Of a stretch of 64,000 nucleotides of DNA, positions 48,100 to 62,140 are shown piece after piece. The notes beneath the pieces are model-generated. The model saw nothing but the letters and a program-made list of their open reading frames with translations, did no database searches and was not told the DNA's origin. Every line of letters starts with the position of its first letter. The first letter of the stretch is position 1. The position numbers and the translations under genes were made by a program. The DNA comes from Perna viridis (taxonomy: Eukaryota), in assembly GCA_037379345.1 (NCBI GenBank), contig CM074522.1, positions 31,744,001 to 31,808,000 on the forward strand, in the 5' to 3' direction.

Positions 48100-51000
48100 T
48101 GTATCTTTAATGTGTATTTGCAGATCCTGGAAGAAGTCGCCTACTTTCCCGTCACACGAGGTGACATGCAGTAGAAAATTTTCAATTTCGCTAATAAAAA
48201 AATTGAGAATGGATTTTGATCTGAAACTGATCAGAAACAGATACATGGATGAAGTATTATTTACCATATTTCTGCATACAAAATGGAATTATTGTTTGTG
48301 CTAAGTCTTTACTGAAAATTTTCGGATTTAATCAAAACTTCTACTATGCTATTAGAAAGAAATTCTTAGATGACACATGTTTTTTTTCTGTAAAAGAAAG
48401 GGATTACTGTACAAGTCCAAAACTACTCCAGCCAATAAATTGGCTAGAGGACTACTCAGCTTACTATGCAAACAGTCTGCCAGACTGTTCAACCCTTTTG
48501 CTTTTATACCGGACAAGACAATGTACAATATACTTGAGGTAAAAAGAAGATATGAATCAGCGATCAGAACTGTTTTTATGCCATTAGCATTTTATTACGT
48601 GTAGAGAAAGTACGTTCCAAATCTAAAAGTCAAACAAGTAAGTATTCTATAAAGCAGAAGTCAGTCATTTTTGTACAAATAAAAATTGGTTCTTGAAATC
48701 ACGGAAGAAAAATGTCTAAACAGGAACTACAATGTCGATATGTTGAAAAAACTACCTAACGATATTTGTATATGCATGCGTGTTCTAATATTTCATAAAC
48801 ATTTGGTACGTAGAATAGTACAATGATACTTTTGCTGGCAGTACTTAATAGCCATAAGTTATCATCTTCTACAAGTACATGTATGTCGACTTTAACATTT
48901 TTATAAATGTAGTGCATATTGAACTTCTTCTTGTTTTCAGACTAAATCTTAATAAAGATTACAACTTGTTCGATTTTGGAGTCAAATTGAAACCGCCCAT
49001 AATCTTGTACTAAGAGAAAATTTTCGACATGAAAGAAGGGAACATAAAGAGAAGCAAATGTACGTTTTACTTATCACTTAACGTTAATGTAACAATTATA
49101 TTTGCTTTTCTCATTTCGTCATTCGATAATAGATAGATTTTGTATCTGGTTCTTGTCAATGTCAATAAATGGGATTAAGTCGTAGAATTATATATCTTCA
49201 ATGTACTACCACAGGACTCTTTCGTAAATGTAATACAAGTACATGTACTCTTCTTTGCTGATTATCTGATTGATAACAATACATTAATTGGACTTCGAAT
49301 TGCAAGTCTTAAGGAGGACTATTTTACTTTTCCACTCAATAGGTTAGGACGGAAGTACTATTATACCAAAAAGGATGTTACCAAAAAAACCTTACCTTCT
49401 CATTATATGAGATTGCTAATTGATTGGATGGGTCAGTGTAAGTTTTTTTATAGATGGTTTACTGCACTGTGCATGTATTAGTCATAAGAGAACACATGGC
49501 TATTTACTTTAGACTTTAAAATGATACTTTCAAAAAGCTGTTAAAGCAGGGTCAATTTCTTATCTCTTCTTAAACTGTTTTTTTAGTTTTATTACTGGGT
49601 GTATTTCATGCAATAAACAGTTCATCTCTATCTAAGGTAGTACAATACAGTTAGGTCATTTCTGAAAATTTGGTCTCATTTTGTTGAAATAAGGCTGTTT
49701 TGAGGCAGTCCGCACAGAAATTTCTAGTGTTTTGTCATAAAAAAGTGCATATTTTTGAAATCCTTGGTATGTGGAGGTTCAAGTCATTTATAAGTAATTT
49801 AGTGATTATTGTTACAAAATCAAGTAGCCATGGTAACATACTGAAAAATATATTACTGAGTTTTAGTAAAACTTAGGGGTGCCTTTCCAAAACTAACAGC
49901 CAATTACTATGTTTTATAAAATATCAGGCACTTAGACACTACCACAGGATAAAAGCATGCATGGAGAAGGTGTAAAAAGGGTAAAAATGAGAAGACTTTT
50001 CGATTCATTCTCTCACAATTTCAGTTCCAACAATTCCTGCGAAATAAGGTATTTTGAAAATCAGCCATCTGATGCTGAGGAGTGAACCTAATACAGCAGG
50101 GGACTGAAACGTTCCGGATACCATTCTTCATTTAAATTACACCTGTTTACCAGAGCATATATTACATGTGTCTATGTATAAATGCTTATCTACATTTAAA
50201 CAATATATCCACCAAATTTCAACTTTTAATTTTAAGTTTTACAAAATTTGACCAGGGTAACTTGGTGTGCGAAACAGTGCGCCTTAATGTAACTCTATAG
50301 TGCACCCTGAATACAAGAAAAAAACGTTTCGATTACCGAGGGTGCCACCGTCGCCTACTCTGTACTACTGCATCTACTTTTCTTCGTTTTAGCTTCGGGC
50401 ACGCTGATTGACATCATCACATTTTTGTAATGGGTATTTCTTATATAAAAAAATACAAATTTTCTTTTTAATTATAGTTTTGTTTATCCCTTGTCTCTTA
50501 CGTGGACTCATTTTTTATTACTATCTTAAACTGTTTTCTTTATTTTATTTAAGTAAAACTAACATTTCTCATTTTATTGGACGAATGGCAAATGTAATTT
50601 CAATTTATTGAATGCAGATATATGTAAAAAAAAAACTAGATAAAACACGAGCCATTCTAAATCTCAAGGGGTTATAAATAAAACATATTTTAATTTTAAA
50701 ATCTAGCAAGAAGCATTTTAAAGCCCCACCATCTAGTTGGTGGTAAAACTAATTTCATGAGATTCGATTCATATCCTGACACGAAGTCTAGGTAAAAATA
50801 ATTATTTCATGCAGACAAGTTTAACTGCATCAATTTGAAATTGTAAAAAAAAAGAACTTGTATGTTCTGTTTTCGTTTACTCTCTTACCGTTAATGGTAA
50901 CGTTTTTTTTTTCTCCATCAAGCCTTTTTCTTTACGAAATTTGACAGTGGCAATTAAATTAGTTAGGGACCAAGCATGCCTGAAAAGTTCATAGACTTCA

Positions 51001-51500
51001 AGGACATACCATTTTTCTGCTGGACGCTGTTAGTGCTCTGGACCTACTTGCAACGCATGTAACAGGAATTTTGGCCCACGGTCAGAACGGATTACATATA
51101 ATATGGCTGATATAAAACTCTTCGCACCAATGTTTTATTTTTGTATAGTTCAGACACAGCTTAATGTCATTAAAGTAAAGAAGAAAAATTCAAAATTTGA
51201 TTTAAGTAATTTTCATCGTCGACTGAATGTATAAGGTAAAAGTTTTTTTTTTCTTTTTTTCAGACAAAACAATATCAAAGAAAATTAAAAAGAACAACAG
51301 AAATCGACAGATTTATTCGTCATATGTTTATTACATTCCAACTTTAAAATGCTGTTCCAAACACATGACATTTTATCTATTTTATCTTTTGCTTGAGACC
51401 TTGTTATGTACTTTTATCTTACAAAATTTACTCAACTAGTAGTAAGGACAAGCCTACGCACATTTTGCTATATATAGAAAATTCGTATCACGCTAATGCA
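48100..51500 (+). pseudogene. Decayed intron-containing transposase-like gene (IIDGMDQ / HVTG.L.HG family, DUF7869/Sola-like)
   Basis: Ordered remnants: IVCAKSLLKIFGF...NWLEDYSAYYANSLPD (48280-48490); AFYYV*RKYVPNLKVKQ|GTAAGT (48637); an exon at about 48941-49058; RKYYYTKK...YMRLLIDWMGQCK (about 49343-49440); THVTGILAHG (about 51052-51082); PTHILLYIENS (about 51450-51485). Family assignment is from motif recall. Confidence 0.55.
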
Positions 51501-51668
51501 GAATTTTCAATTCCTGAAAAAGTAGAACTTTCAAATACTGGATTATATATCTTAAACAGTTTTGCCCATTTTGCTGGATGCAAGATGCCACCAGGGCTAG
51601 ACATATATAGGAGCAATACCATAAGATTTCTGGACCAAATTATAGAAATAATGGTATTCATTGTACAT

Positions 51669-51700
<32 letters not shown>

Positions 51701-52226
51701 TTTATTTTTTTGTCTTTTGACCAAGTCTATAATTCAGGTTCTTTTACCTACATTAATTAAAAACCAAGTGTCTCGCTCAATGATTTTACTGCTTGAAGAA
51801 ATATCTGGTCTAAAGGCCAACAATTGTATCAGATGAATACACACATTAACAGTCTGAATACTTCGTTTCTGGTCTAAAGACCAATTTATATCACTCGATT
51901 TTACTGTAATCATATTTTAAGTCATATACAATAGAGATGTACATTTAACAGTAAAAATAAAATTAAAATGATCAATTATGTTAATATTTTATTTGGTTTT
52001 TAGGCCAAATTATTCCTGTGATTGACAAAAAGAATAAATTACGTCGCTCCTCTGTTACCGAAATCACATAATGTATTACAAAACACTATTTAACTGCATT
52101 TTTATGCAGTTATATGTAGTTCGCCGATAACAATTAGTAAAAGGGAAAAGAAAATATATTCCTTTTTGAAAATGGAATCAGTTATTCATTTCTAGCCTTT
52201 CTACATAAAGTGAACATATCATTTAA

Positions 52227-52575
52227 GTGGCTGTCTTAGTAAGAATCATGCAAAAAACTCTGAAAAAAAAACACACCCCAAAAAGGCTACATATTTTTAT
52301 TTTTGTAATTAAGTTGTTTTATGGGTGTATATTATGAAATGTGTAATTATTCATTCTGATCTGTCTGCTCTTAGGAGATAATTTACTTTGAAAATCCAGT
52401 AGATTCTATTATATTTGAGTGTCATTTACAGTTATCTCCCCTAATTTTGAAATCTACCGTGCATTCTATATATTTTATATCTCCTATGAGCACGGGTTAT
52501 ATGAAAAACCAAACGTTAATTTCTGTTTGCTAAAGCATTTTAACCATTTTGCATGATTCTTAGTTGGAGTGCTAC
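52227..52575. mobile_element. MITE family M1
   Basis: TTAA on both sides (52223-52226 and 52576-52579); colinear with other M1 copies. Confidence 0.82.
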
Positions 52576-53037
52576 TTAAAAGGAAAAAATAGCTGCCTAG
52601 CACAAGTGAATGGATATGTCGAACCCTCATGAATTTTTTTTTTGTACACTTCAAAAGTAATAACTTCACTGTTTATTCAAATAATTACTTAAAAACAAAC
52701 AAATCGAAACAAACAAGCAAAAATAATCTATCTATAGATAAAAAATTAAATTATTATTTTTTTAAACATTTATAAAATCTCAACCTGCAGTGTCTCAAAT
52801 AATCCTGTGTTATAAAAATGTTCAACATCATAAGTTAACAGTGACGTAATTGGAACAAATTTGCAAATCTAAGATGTAACACAAGAGACTTCAATCTGAT
52901 ACAGGAATTTATGAATTGAGTTCGGGCAAAATGACCGAATAGTTCCGAATAAAAAAAAAACTGATTGTAGTCTAAGCGGTTTTCGTATAATAACATATGG
53001 AATAATCTCCATCAACAGAAAAGACGTTCCAAGTCTA

Positions 53038-53193
53038 CTACACAGGCAAAATTATTTCACATGATTTTCACACGAATTTCACTTGATTTTTGCCCGAACT
53101 GAGCAAATAAACTTTTTGACAGAGTTCACATGAATTTCATGTGAAGCTCAATTAACATGAATTTCACTTGAAAAAAAAAATCTGCCTGTGTAG
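53038..53193. mobile_element. Small MITE with 11-bp TIRs and internal TTCACATGAA repeats
   Basis: CTACACAGGCA / TGCCTGTGTAG. Confidence 0.7.
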
Positions 53194-53335
53194 AACTTGA
53201 GTCGTCATTGATTAGATTAGTCTAGCTTAAGATTTCGTCTAGTATCAGGTTAAACCTGTCTCATATTGTTTAAACTGTAACACAGTCACTTACTTAATAC
53301 TAATGTTAAGTTTCTCTCCATATTTTATATATTGA

Positions 53336-53707
53336 GTAGTACTCCAAATTAGAATCATGCAAAGTGTGATTTATGGTTGGAAAGCTTACATGTTTTTGTT
53401 TTTGATATTTTGTTTAAAATGTTATAGTAAACAAAACTTGACATGTGGCTTGTCATTTAATCCTTGTTTTTCGGAAATGAAAATTACATAAAATGTACCG
53501 TAGAATTCAAAATCAAGGGAGATAAATGACATCAAATACCGTAGAAATTTTGGATTTTCAATGTGGATCGTATCCTAAGAGCACACAGGTTGGAATTAAT
53601 AATTATACACTTCATCATTTAGACCAATAAAGCAACTTAATGACAAAAATAACATGTTTAGCCTTTTGGAGTGCATCACATATGACAGAATTTGCAAAGT
53701 CTACTAC
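53336..53707. mobile_element. MITE family M1, reverse orientation
   Basis: GTAGTACTCCAAATTAGAATCATGCAAA...AGTCTACTAC|TTAA; abuts the M2 copy. Confidence 0.78.
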
Positions 53708-53711
53708 TTAA

Positions 53712-54110
53712 GTACCAGTCCACATAAAATTCAGACACGGCCAATGGTAAAGTGATTCATGGTAAAGAAAACCGCACCAAAAAAAAAACCGATGTTTTTC
53801 AATCTACATATGCTATACTTTCACATAACAATAATTTTTCACCCATTCAGATCTGCACTTTTTAGAAAATCATGCATTCATCTCTCCCTAAAATCGACCA
53901 AAGCAAACCAACCCAAGAACAATTACTCTTGCAAAGTGCAAATTTCACGTACAATATTATATTTTTTATCCTAAAAACGCAACAAACAAATAAACAACTT
54001 AGACTTGTTATGTGATCAGTAGCTGTTTCTGAACAAGACATAAAACTGAACTCGGTTGATTTTTTACATGCATGAATCATTTTTTGTCTGATTCTTATAA
54101 AGACTGCTAC
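53712..54110. mobile_element. MITE family M2
   Basis: TTAA|GTACCAGTCC...AGACTGCTAC|TTAA; colinear with 9640-10039. Confidence 0.82.
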
Positions 54111-57100
54111 TTAAATACAATATTATGTACATGCATATAGTCGGTACAACAAAACGATCGAAAAAAACAATTTGAAAGTACAAGGACAATGATATTTGTA
54201 CGTCCTGTTTTACAGCCTTTCGAACGTGTCGTATCACGCTTTGTCTGTAACGTTCACGAGTACATGAAACGTTCATTTGTAAATAAGCAAATCACTTAAC
54301 ATTTACATTCCTTTTCAAATCAATTGTAAATAGCATAGCCAAAATATTGTATACAGTGTGTTTTCATGGTCATTTTGATGTTGTCAGACGTTTGATTATG
54401 TTAATATAAGAGCGTACGAGTTAGATTATTCTATCAAAATAAAAAAAAATGTCAAATTTTTGTTTGTTTTCATTTTCTGCAATTTTGTAAAGATGCAATT
54501 GCGGGAAAGGAAAAGAATGTGTGGATAAATATATTCTGATATAAGTTTGACAGGAATAATTCAGATCAAAGGAATGATATGTTCTTTTCACGGAGACTTA
54601 GACTTGAATGCCGCGACTTTTTCAAAAATAAATTCACTTACCCAAACTTATTATCTAAATCTAAGCATGAAATGAGAAACTAATGTTTTGCTACAGTTAT
54701 TTCAGCAACTGTGTAACTGAAGCCGAATTCAACTAACAACAAATCATTCCGTAGCTTCTTATAAAATATCCATGATATTGTCTCGGTCTACTTTTGATTT
54801 GTGGCATAAGGCAGTCTCTATAGATTGTGAGTCCATGTTTTAGCTATTCGTTGATGTCGCAGTGCCCATTCTTCTATGTCTACAACATATTCTCGAACCT
54901 TTTATAATATAAATAATATAAAGGAAGTAAACACGGGAGATAATTTTTATGCATGCCAGGCATTCGACGTTTTTTTTTTTTTTTTTTTTTTTGCCTTTGA
55001 AGGGGAAAATAAAACACTTTTAAGTAATAATTCTTATATGACGTCTGATAAATCTACTTACTTTTGCCAGAGAGTAATGGAGTCCGACAAGATGAGAAAT
55101 AAATACTGACAAAAGATATTTCAAACTCTGAAAAGATACAAATTAGACGTATTGTATAAAGGAATGGATCTTATTGGAATGTGGACTGCATACTCAGGGA
55201 TGTTTATCTGCTGTCCTGTCGATGACCTTATAAAGTTCCAGTTTTTAATACGGGAGGGGGGTTGTCTCCATAGAATGACCTAACAATCTCGTAAACCGTT
55301 CGTAAACCGTTCGAAGGTAGAAATGAAAGTAGAACATCTCTCTAAATTCTTTCTAAAATAACATAATGAAAATTATAAGATGGCCAACAATACTCATTAA
55401 GTTTAAAATAAGAGAAAAAATGTAAAGTGATTGCGTTTCATGATTGATTGAATGCACATGTAAAAAAAAAATGTGTAATAAAGAATATGTTAAGAATTTT
55501 TCATTCGATGTATTTATGAATGCATAATAAAACACACACAATATATGCACATTGTAGGTGTTGTTATCGCATCATTACTTTCTTGAATCAATAAATGGAA
55601 AAAAATAATCATATGTGGTTTTCATTCAGTCTACATTTCATTGTAAAAAGTAAAATGGAGGTAAATTCTTCCGCCGACCTATATAACCTCATCACGTATC
55701 ATTCCGCTAGTTCATAGGTTCTGCTATACTTGATGTGGAATTAATTCACAAACACTAATCATTACCAATTTACATGGCTGTTGTTTAATACTTATTTGCA
55801 TAATGATGCGGTTAAATATTAATAACGACAGAGGTTTCAAGCTTTAAGATATCGTATATATCCTTGCTCGGGGATTAAAATGATGGGTTTCTTTAGGGTT
55901 ACAATATTAACATTTTTGGGCGTATACAATCTTATCTATTCATAATGGAGAGAAGAAATAAGACTTTAGAGAAAAATTGGAAATATTGAAACCAAAAACA
56001 AAGGCATAAGCATATACATATAACCCAAGTCCAAATCAATAAATACATTCAGAACACCATAAGGTCTTCAGCATGTACATGTGAACATGTATCACATAGT
56101 TTGAAATCTCTGAAAGGCCTCGATATTAAGGGCAAAAAGTCATTGGTACATGTAGTAGAACGATTACAATGGTTGACTAAGACCCATTCTCGTGAAACTA
56201 CGGAGTCACATGACGAGACTTACAGACCCTATAGAACGATTACAATTATATTTCATTATCAAGCTCTGAAGTAATATAACTACACAAGGGCACATCAATG
56301 ATCAACATCTCAAATGTTGAAAAAAAACGGCGCTGGATTGAGGGGTTTCAATGGGGTTTTAAGCAAACAAAAGGAATTATTTTCTATTGTTTACCCATAG
56401 TAGTAAAAAAAGTAACCACATTTACCAGAAAAAGGGATTGGCAACCACGGAATGCCCCTAGATCCTCCATTGTATGTGTGAGTTTTAAATATGGCGTACA
56501 TCTATACTGCCAAGAAACTGGAAAAAAATCAAGTTCTGTGACACTTAAACAATAATATTTAAGATAAGGCAAAATTTACTCTAGTGATTATTCCTTGCTC
56601 TAACAATTCTTTTGTGGACTTAAGAAAGCTGTGTATGGAATTCTTTAGAACCAAATGAATCATCATCTTTCCTCACTAGACCGATGATAATCATCATACC
56701 ACCTTAAATATATATATCAAAGAAATTTTTACACGTATGCCAATCATCTCTTAAGGTTTTAAGAAACTTGGAAATACTTATCTGCAGACCGAAATATTTT
56801 TACACAATCGGAGCTACTCGGATATTTTCGTTTTTTGTGTAATGAGGGAAGTCGAGTAGTTCCGATCAATTTATGTCCACCAAATCATTTCCTATCAAAC
56901 AAGAATTAGACCTCAGTTGTTCTAAATTCATATGCTGAATCCGTGACAAATCTCGTAGATACATATTAGGGATTATTTTGTTCTTACATACAACACTGAA
57001 TATATATATATATATCTTTCGGTAATGCACTATATATCTATGACAAGCTTGCTAAAAAGGTAAGTAATTTCAAGACAGTTATGATAGAGAAGAAAGTTCA

Positions 57101-57311
57101 CGAGCTTCAAATGTAAATATCAAGGTACACATTGATCCGTTTTATGGTTAAGATTTTTCAAAAATTTTTGTCTACTTCCATTTGAATAAAATCATGTTAA
57201 TGATACCTGTCGTTAACTCCATTCCGAGATTGCTAAGAAACATTTCCTAGTCTTTAGCAGCATGGTTGGCAGAATGCTTCTGCCCTTACTTGGTTCCATC
57301 TTGAAAAAAAG

Positions 57312-57525
57312 AGAAAAGCAGAGGACGCTTACCCTACCGGTGCACCTGGTCCATGCTCCCAGTTTTTAGTGGAGTCCAAGTTGCTCATTTGCTTTTGTTA
57401 CTTTATATGTATGAATTTAGTTACTTATGTTTTTTGTTTGTATGTCTGTTTTCCATGTCTGGTCTTTGTCCCTGGATTACATTCTTTTGATTACTGCTAT
57501 AACCTTTGTTCCCTTGATTACACTT
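57312..57525 (+). repeat. Naiad-type 3' UTR copy
   Basis: Near-identical to the 28729 copy. Confidence 0.88.
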
Positions 57526-57936
57526 TCTATTGAACTACCTTAAGTACTATACAACTGAGAAAAAAAAGATTTGTGTTGTCGAACTACAGGCAGACAGATC
57601 AATGTCAAATTGATATAAGTTCGAAACATGAGACCATACAAGTTTAAGCAACACCAATAGTTCCATGTACTAGATACAAAATGTGTAACTGAATTAAAAG
57701 AATTAACAACTAGGTTAAGTATTAAATTTTGTGGTATTCATGGGTAAGCCAAACCACTAAATTTGGTTCTAAATAAATAGGAGATTCCCATTGATATGTA
57801 TACTGAAAACTTCAAAACCACGATACCAAGAATTCACCGTACTTGTGTATCTTCCCTGATCCATGAATAAAAGTACTTTCACAGTATATAATAACATACA
57901 TATGCTCGTATGCTGAAATCTATTGATTATTGCATA

Positions 57937-58284
57937 CAGTCATTGAACCGATCCGCGCAACGATATGACGGATCAATGACCGTTGACTAATTGATCGCTG
58001 ACGGATCGATGATTGATGACCGGTGACCGATCTGATTGCAGCTTTGTTATGTAAAATGACGTAAGATCTGTTTGAAATAAAAGAAATGTAAAATAAAAGT
58101 ATTGATGTTTAAATCTATTACATTATGTAAATATGTGTTAAATTGATAAAAAAAACCAACAAAAAACAGTAACCGCTCTGTGGTCACGTGATGCGATCAT
58201 GCGATGGATCGATGACTGACCGGAAACTAATCGGTGACTGATGACCGATCGCAATTTTTGTTGCACGGATCGGTTCAGGTACTG
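57937..58284. mobile_element. Tc1/mariner-type MITE
   Basis: TA|CAGTCATTGAACCGATCCGCGCAAC ... GTTGCACGGATCGGTTCAGGTACTG|TA; subterminal GATCGATGA/TGACCG repeats. Confidence 0.8.
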
Positions 58285-59065
58285 TATTTATGGATTAAAG
58301 TTTGAATGTCTGGCTCGCTGAATTAGGGGCGCTTGCATAGACTAAATTATAATGTTTTAGTTCTTTATTAAAAAACGCAATTCGTACTCATCAATATAAT
58401 ATGAACATTTTAAGCATCATTTAAACAAGAGTTGACTTTTAACACCTGTACCTATTAGAAAACCAGTGGTAACCACAAGCAGAAAACACAGTATACGAAG
58501 TTGGTGCGGAAGCATTGTTTGTAAATGTCGGTTCCGCTAAGAGCAGGAAGCATATTCCCATCCTGAGGCTCATATGAGAATGCAATGGAAGCTAAGCAAT
58601 GCACATGAACAGTAAAGAAGAAAAAAGTAATCGATATAAAAGTCACAGATACAATCATTTTTGAATAATTCTAATCATAATATTCTTCATGCTTATAGCC
58701 GTTTTTGATTGGTCGAGAACGTCTTTGCCAGAAAGTTCATACTTGCAGATCGTTTATACATGCATGAACTTCGGTCTGATTGAAACCAATATGTCGACCG
58801 TGTAGTTCGAAAGAGTGTGGCAACGAACTAAACGACATAATGTAGCCTTAACAATAGTTTATTACATCCACATTGATTTTACCTGTACAGTTTTTTTGCA
58901 GAGTGTAATTTTCAGCTGGGGGAAAGAAACTTATAAATGCTTAAAATCTAACTACAAGTAAATTCGCCCCAAAATTAAATTGTCCCAGAACTGGGTTCTA
59001 TAAATACTTTTACTGCTTCAACACTTTAAAAACAAATAATTTGCAAATGTTGGGATGGAATTATA

Positions 59066-59220
59066 AGGATTAAACAACTATTTTCGGTCGTTCATGAATG
59101 TATAAACGGATCTCTCCACTCCCAAACATTATATGAACGGCCTTCGGTCGTTTATTGAGTTTGGGAGCTCCGAGATCCGTTTATACATGCATGAACTACC
59201 GAAAATAGATGTTTAATCCT
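59066..59220. repeat. Long foldback palindrome (155 bp)
   Basis: AGGATTAAACAACTATTTTCGGTCGTTCATGAATGTATAAACGGATCTC pairs with GAGATCCGTTTATACATGCATGAACTACCGAAAATAGATGTTTAATCCT; inner stems surround GGCCTTCGGTC. Confidence 0.9.
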
Positions 59221-61911
59221 GTAATAGCTTGTGGTATATGACATAAATGTCTGTTTAATTGAGGTTGAAGTTTGAGTTCAGTACATTCAAACTTGTAGTT
59301 TTCGCAAAGATGAATAAAAATAAAACTAATTTGAACCCAAAGTACATTCAGAATACATGGACAAAGTTAAACAATAGAAGACAATCATTAGGTTTTTCAA
59401 GTTACCATATGCATAGCTGTTTTTATTACATCAAAACAAGTAAATGTTTTGTATACTTATCAATCTCATTTACATGTCAGAAAGAATTATATTTGTTTTT
59501 TACATACTTTAAAACATGACTGAGTATTCCGTAATATTCACTTATGAAAGTTCAAAATGCTAAAAGAACATTACCGCGCTTTTGTGACCGCTATGCACTC
59601 TTCAAAGAAATAAATGCTGTATTTGGTCATTTAGAAGCCAGTTTCGATATTGTTTCAATCCCTGTATCACTCAATTTTTCCAATTAAGCGCTCTCCGCTG
59701 AATATGAAAAAAAGTAATCACTCAATTGCTCATTGTACATTTCCAATCACTCATACTAATCACTTTGCTAATCGCTCAAAAAGTATCACTCAATTAAAAC
59801 GTGAAATAATTCAAACACTCTTTTAATGATAATTGCATCGGAACATATAAGATCGTACCGCAATACAGACAAATACATTTTCATGAATATTAAGAATATT
59901 TTCAATGACTGTACCCACTTAAAACTTGCTAAATTATCTGGATCTATGGAGTACTAGATTTAAGATGTTAAAAGTAGAAAAAAAAATAAAGCTACGCTCG
60001 AGACCTTGACAGTCCGAGCTCTTTAAATTGAGTTCCTTTATCACTTGTTGGAAAGAAATATCAGTGAATACAATGTGCATGTCAGGAACTATTCAAATAT
60101 TCATATAAACCGACGGCAGAAATTTAGACATTTCCTATTAGGCATTTTGAACCCAATAATTAATGGTCAAAGGGAAATAACTCTAACAGCAGCGTCATTT
60201 AGAATTGTCTCACCTTAAGCCGACAATACCTTTTGTATTCAAAATCACGATTTGATAGGTTTGTATAATTGTTATATGAATATGAAATCCTTTACTATAT
60301 ATTATGAATACATATTAAACTGAAAGAGACACTACATTATCATTAGATACATGTATGAGTTTCTCAAGAGCCCCAACCAAACGATAAGCTTTTTGCTTCT
60401 GGAAATAATTCAAAGCTTGATAAATTACAAATTGGAACAATTTCATAAGACATGCACTCAGCACAAGTAGGCATGTACTCAGCACAGGTAATTAAAGCAT
60501 GCTAATGCATGATATACCAGTACTCGTTGCTAGGATCTCAATTTTAACTTCTTTTTACAAATATACGAATACAACTTTAATAGAAACAATGAAACAACTA
60601 AAGCCACGTTTAATAGAGGTCGAAGTTATCGTAACGGCATTTAATGCAAATATGCAAGTCATAGCTGAATAGCACTGAGAATCTGGTTTCAGTCTGACAA
60701 GAAGTCACCTTTTCCGGACTTCCAATGCATTCGGTATTTTTGGATCTTCTTTACGAAAAAGCATTTATTAAATGGTCTTTAAATAAGATACTTTTTTCGT
60801 CTCCCACATGCCAATCAACATTTAGTAGTACCGGTTTCAATAGTCGGCCACAGGAAGTGTCAAGAACCATGTCTAGAACAAATGACAAGATGGAAAATAG
60901 CGACAAAATTTCTTTCGTTTACATTTTGCACCTACCTCATATTATGTAGACGTGTTCAAGTTACTTTAAATTCTGATTTTACTGCATGCTTTGATTTTTC
61001 CTCTTTTGTAGTTCAAGCTAATACGCGAGATTATTTTTTGTGGTTTTGATAGACATTCAAGATCAACAAGATCAACAATGTAAACAAATTTAAATCCAGT
61101 TTTAATTATTGCAAAATCAAGTCGGTCGCATTATTTTAAAGATAAATTGTGAATGCGTCTCAATCGTTTCGCAATCATTTTGCAGTTTACAGTACATGGT
61201 GATTATACACGTATGACAATCTTTTCTCGCCATTATCATATTTGTTTTATAGCACGTAGTATTGATTATTTTGCTGTTACGTATTTCACATTTTCATCAC
61301 GATCGTGTCATATTGTGAGCTTGTTTTAATTTGAATATGTGGAATGTATTTCCAAATACTCGTGTACTCGTTGAGTTTACACACAAATGTACTATTAATA
61401 CAAAGCAATACTAGACTAGATATGCCGTTAATACAATTAAACGATATGTATACAGTTAATGAAAAAAATATACCAGTGATGACGATTTTAGTTAAATTCC
61501 TGTTTTCGTTTTTTTTCACATTAACATCAAGGGATGTGACGTTCGAGTCAATTAACAGTCGTTGTACTTGAAAAATAAATCAATATAATGACAATTTGTT
61601 TCTCTATCTGTAATCTAAAGTCGAATAAAATTGAGGATTATCGATGTCAGATATCAGATATTTTTGTTGTCGTTTCCTCCTGCTCCATCCTGTATGTTTT
61701 TGTCGACTTTGAATCGGTGTTACTCGTTAAGTTGTGGTTCGGAGTATGGGTTGCATCATGCTGCAAATGTCTGCTGTGAAAATTCCTTTATAGACATCTC
61801 TGATCCCTGTTATTGAATACAAAATGATATCACTTGTTCCAATTATATAGCGTTCTGAGAAAGACACCACTTGAAGTGTGTTGTGTTCACTTCTTTAGTG
61901 CAAATATGTAA

Positions 61912-62140
61912 GTAGCAGTCTATACAAATCAGACAGAATTGATTCATACATGTCAAAAACCACCTAGTGAGAGATAAATGTGTAATTTTCTCAAAAATGC
62001 AGATCTAAATGCAGAAATGATTATCGTTATGTAAAAATATAGTATATGTAGACTGAAAAAGCATTGTCTGTTTGGTGGGATTTTCTACACCATGAATCAT
62101 TTTACCATTGGCAGTGTCTGAATTTTATGTGGACTGGTAC
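61912..62140. mobile_element. MITE family M2, reverse orientation, internally deleted
   Basis: GTAGCAGTCT...GGACTGGTAC|TTAA. Confidence 0.78.

Noticed and set aside
49636-50310. Kolobok-like MITE inside the transposase relic
   Set aside because: Probably a real insertion, but there are two competing right ends (50283 vs about 50307) and poor TIR identity, so boundaries cannot be supported.
56330-56572. LRR-like AFRGCQSL in a minus-strand ORF
   Set aside because: It lies in a degenerate GGCG.TGGAT...GATCC.CC-ended MITE-like segment with no repeated LRR pattern.
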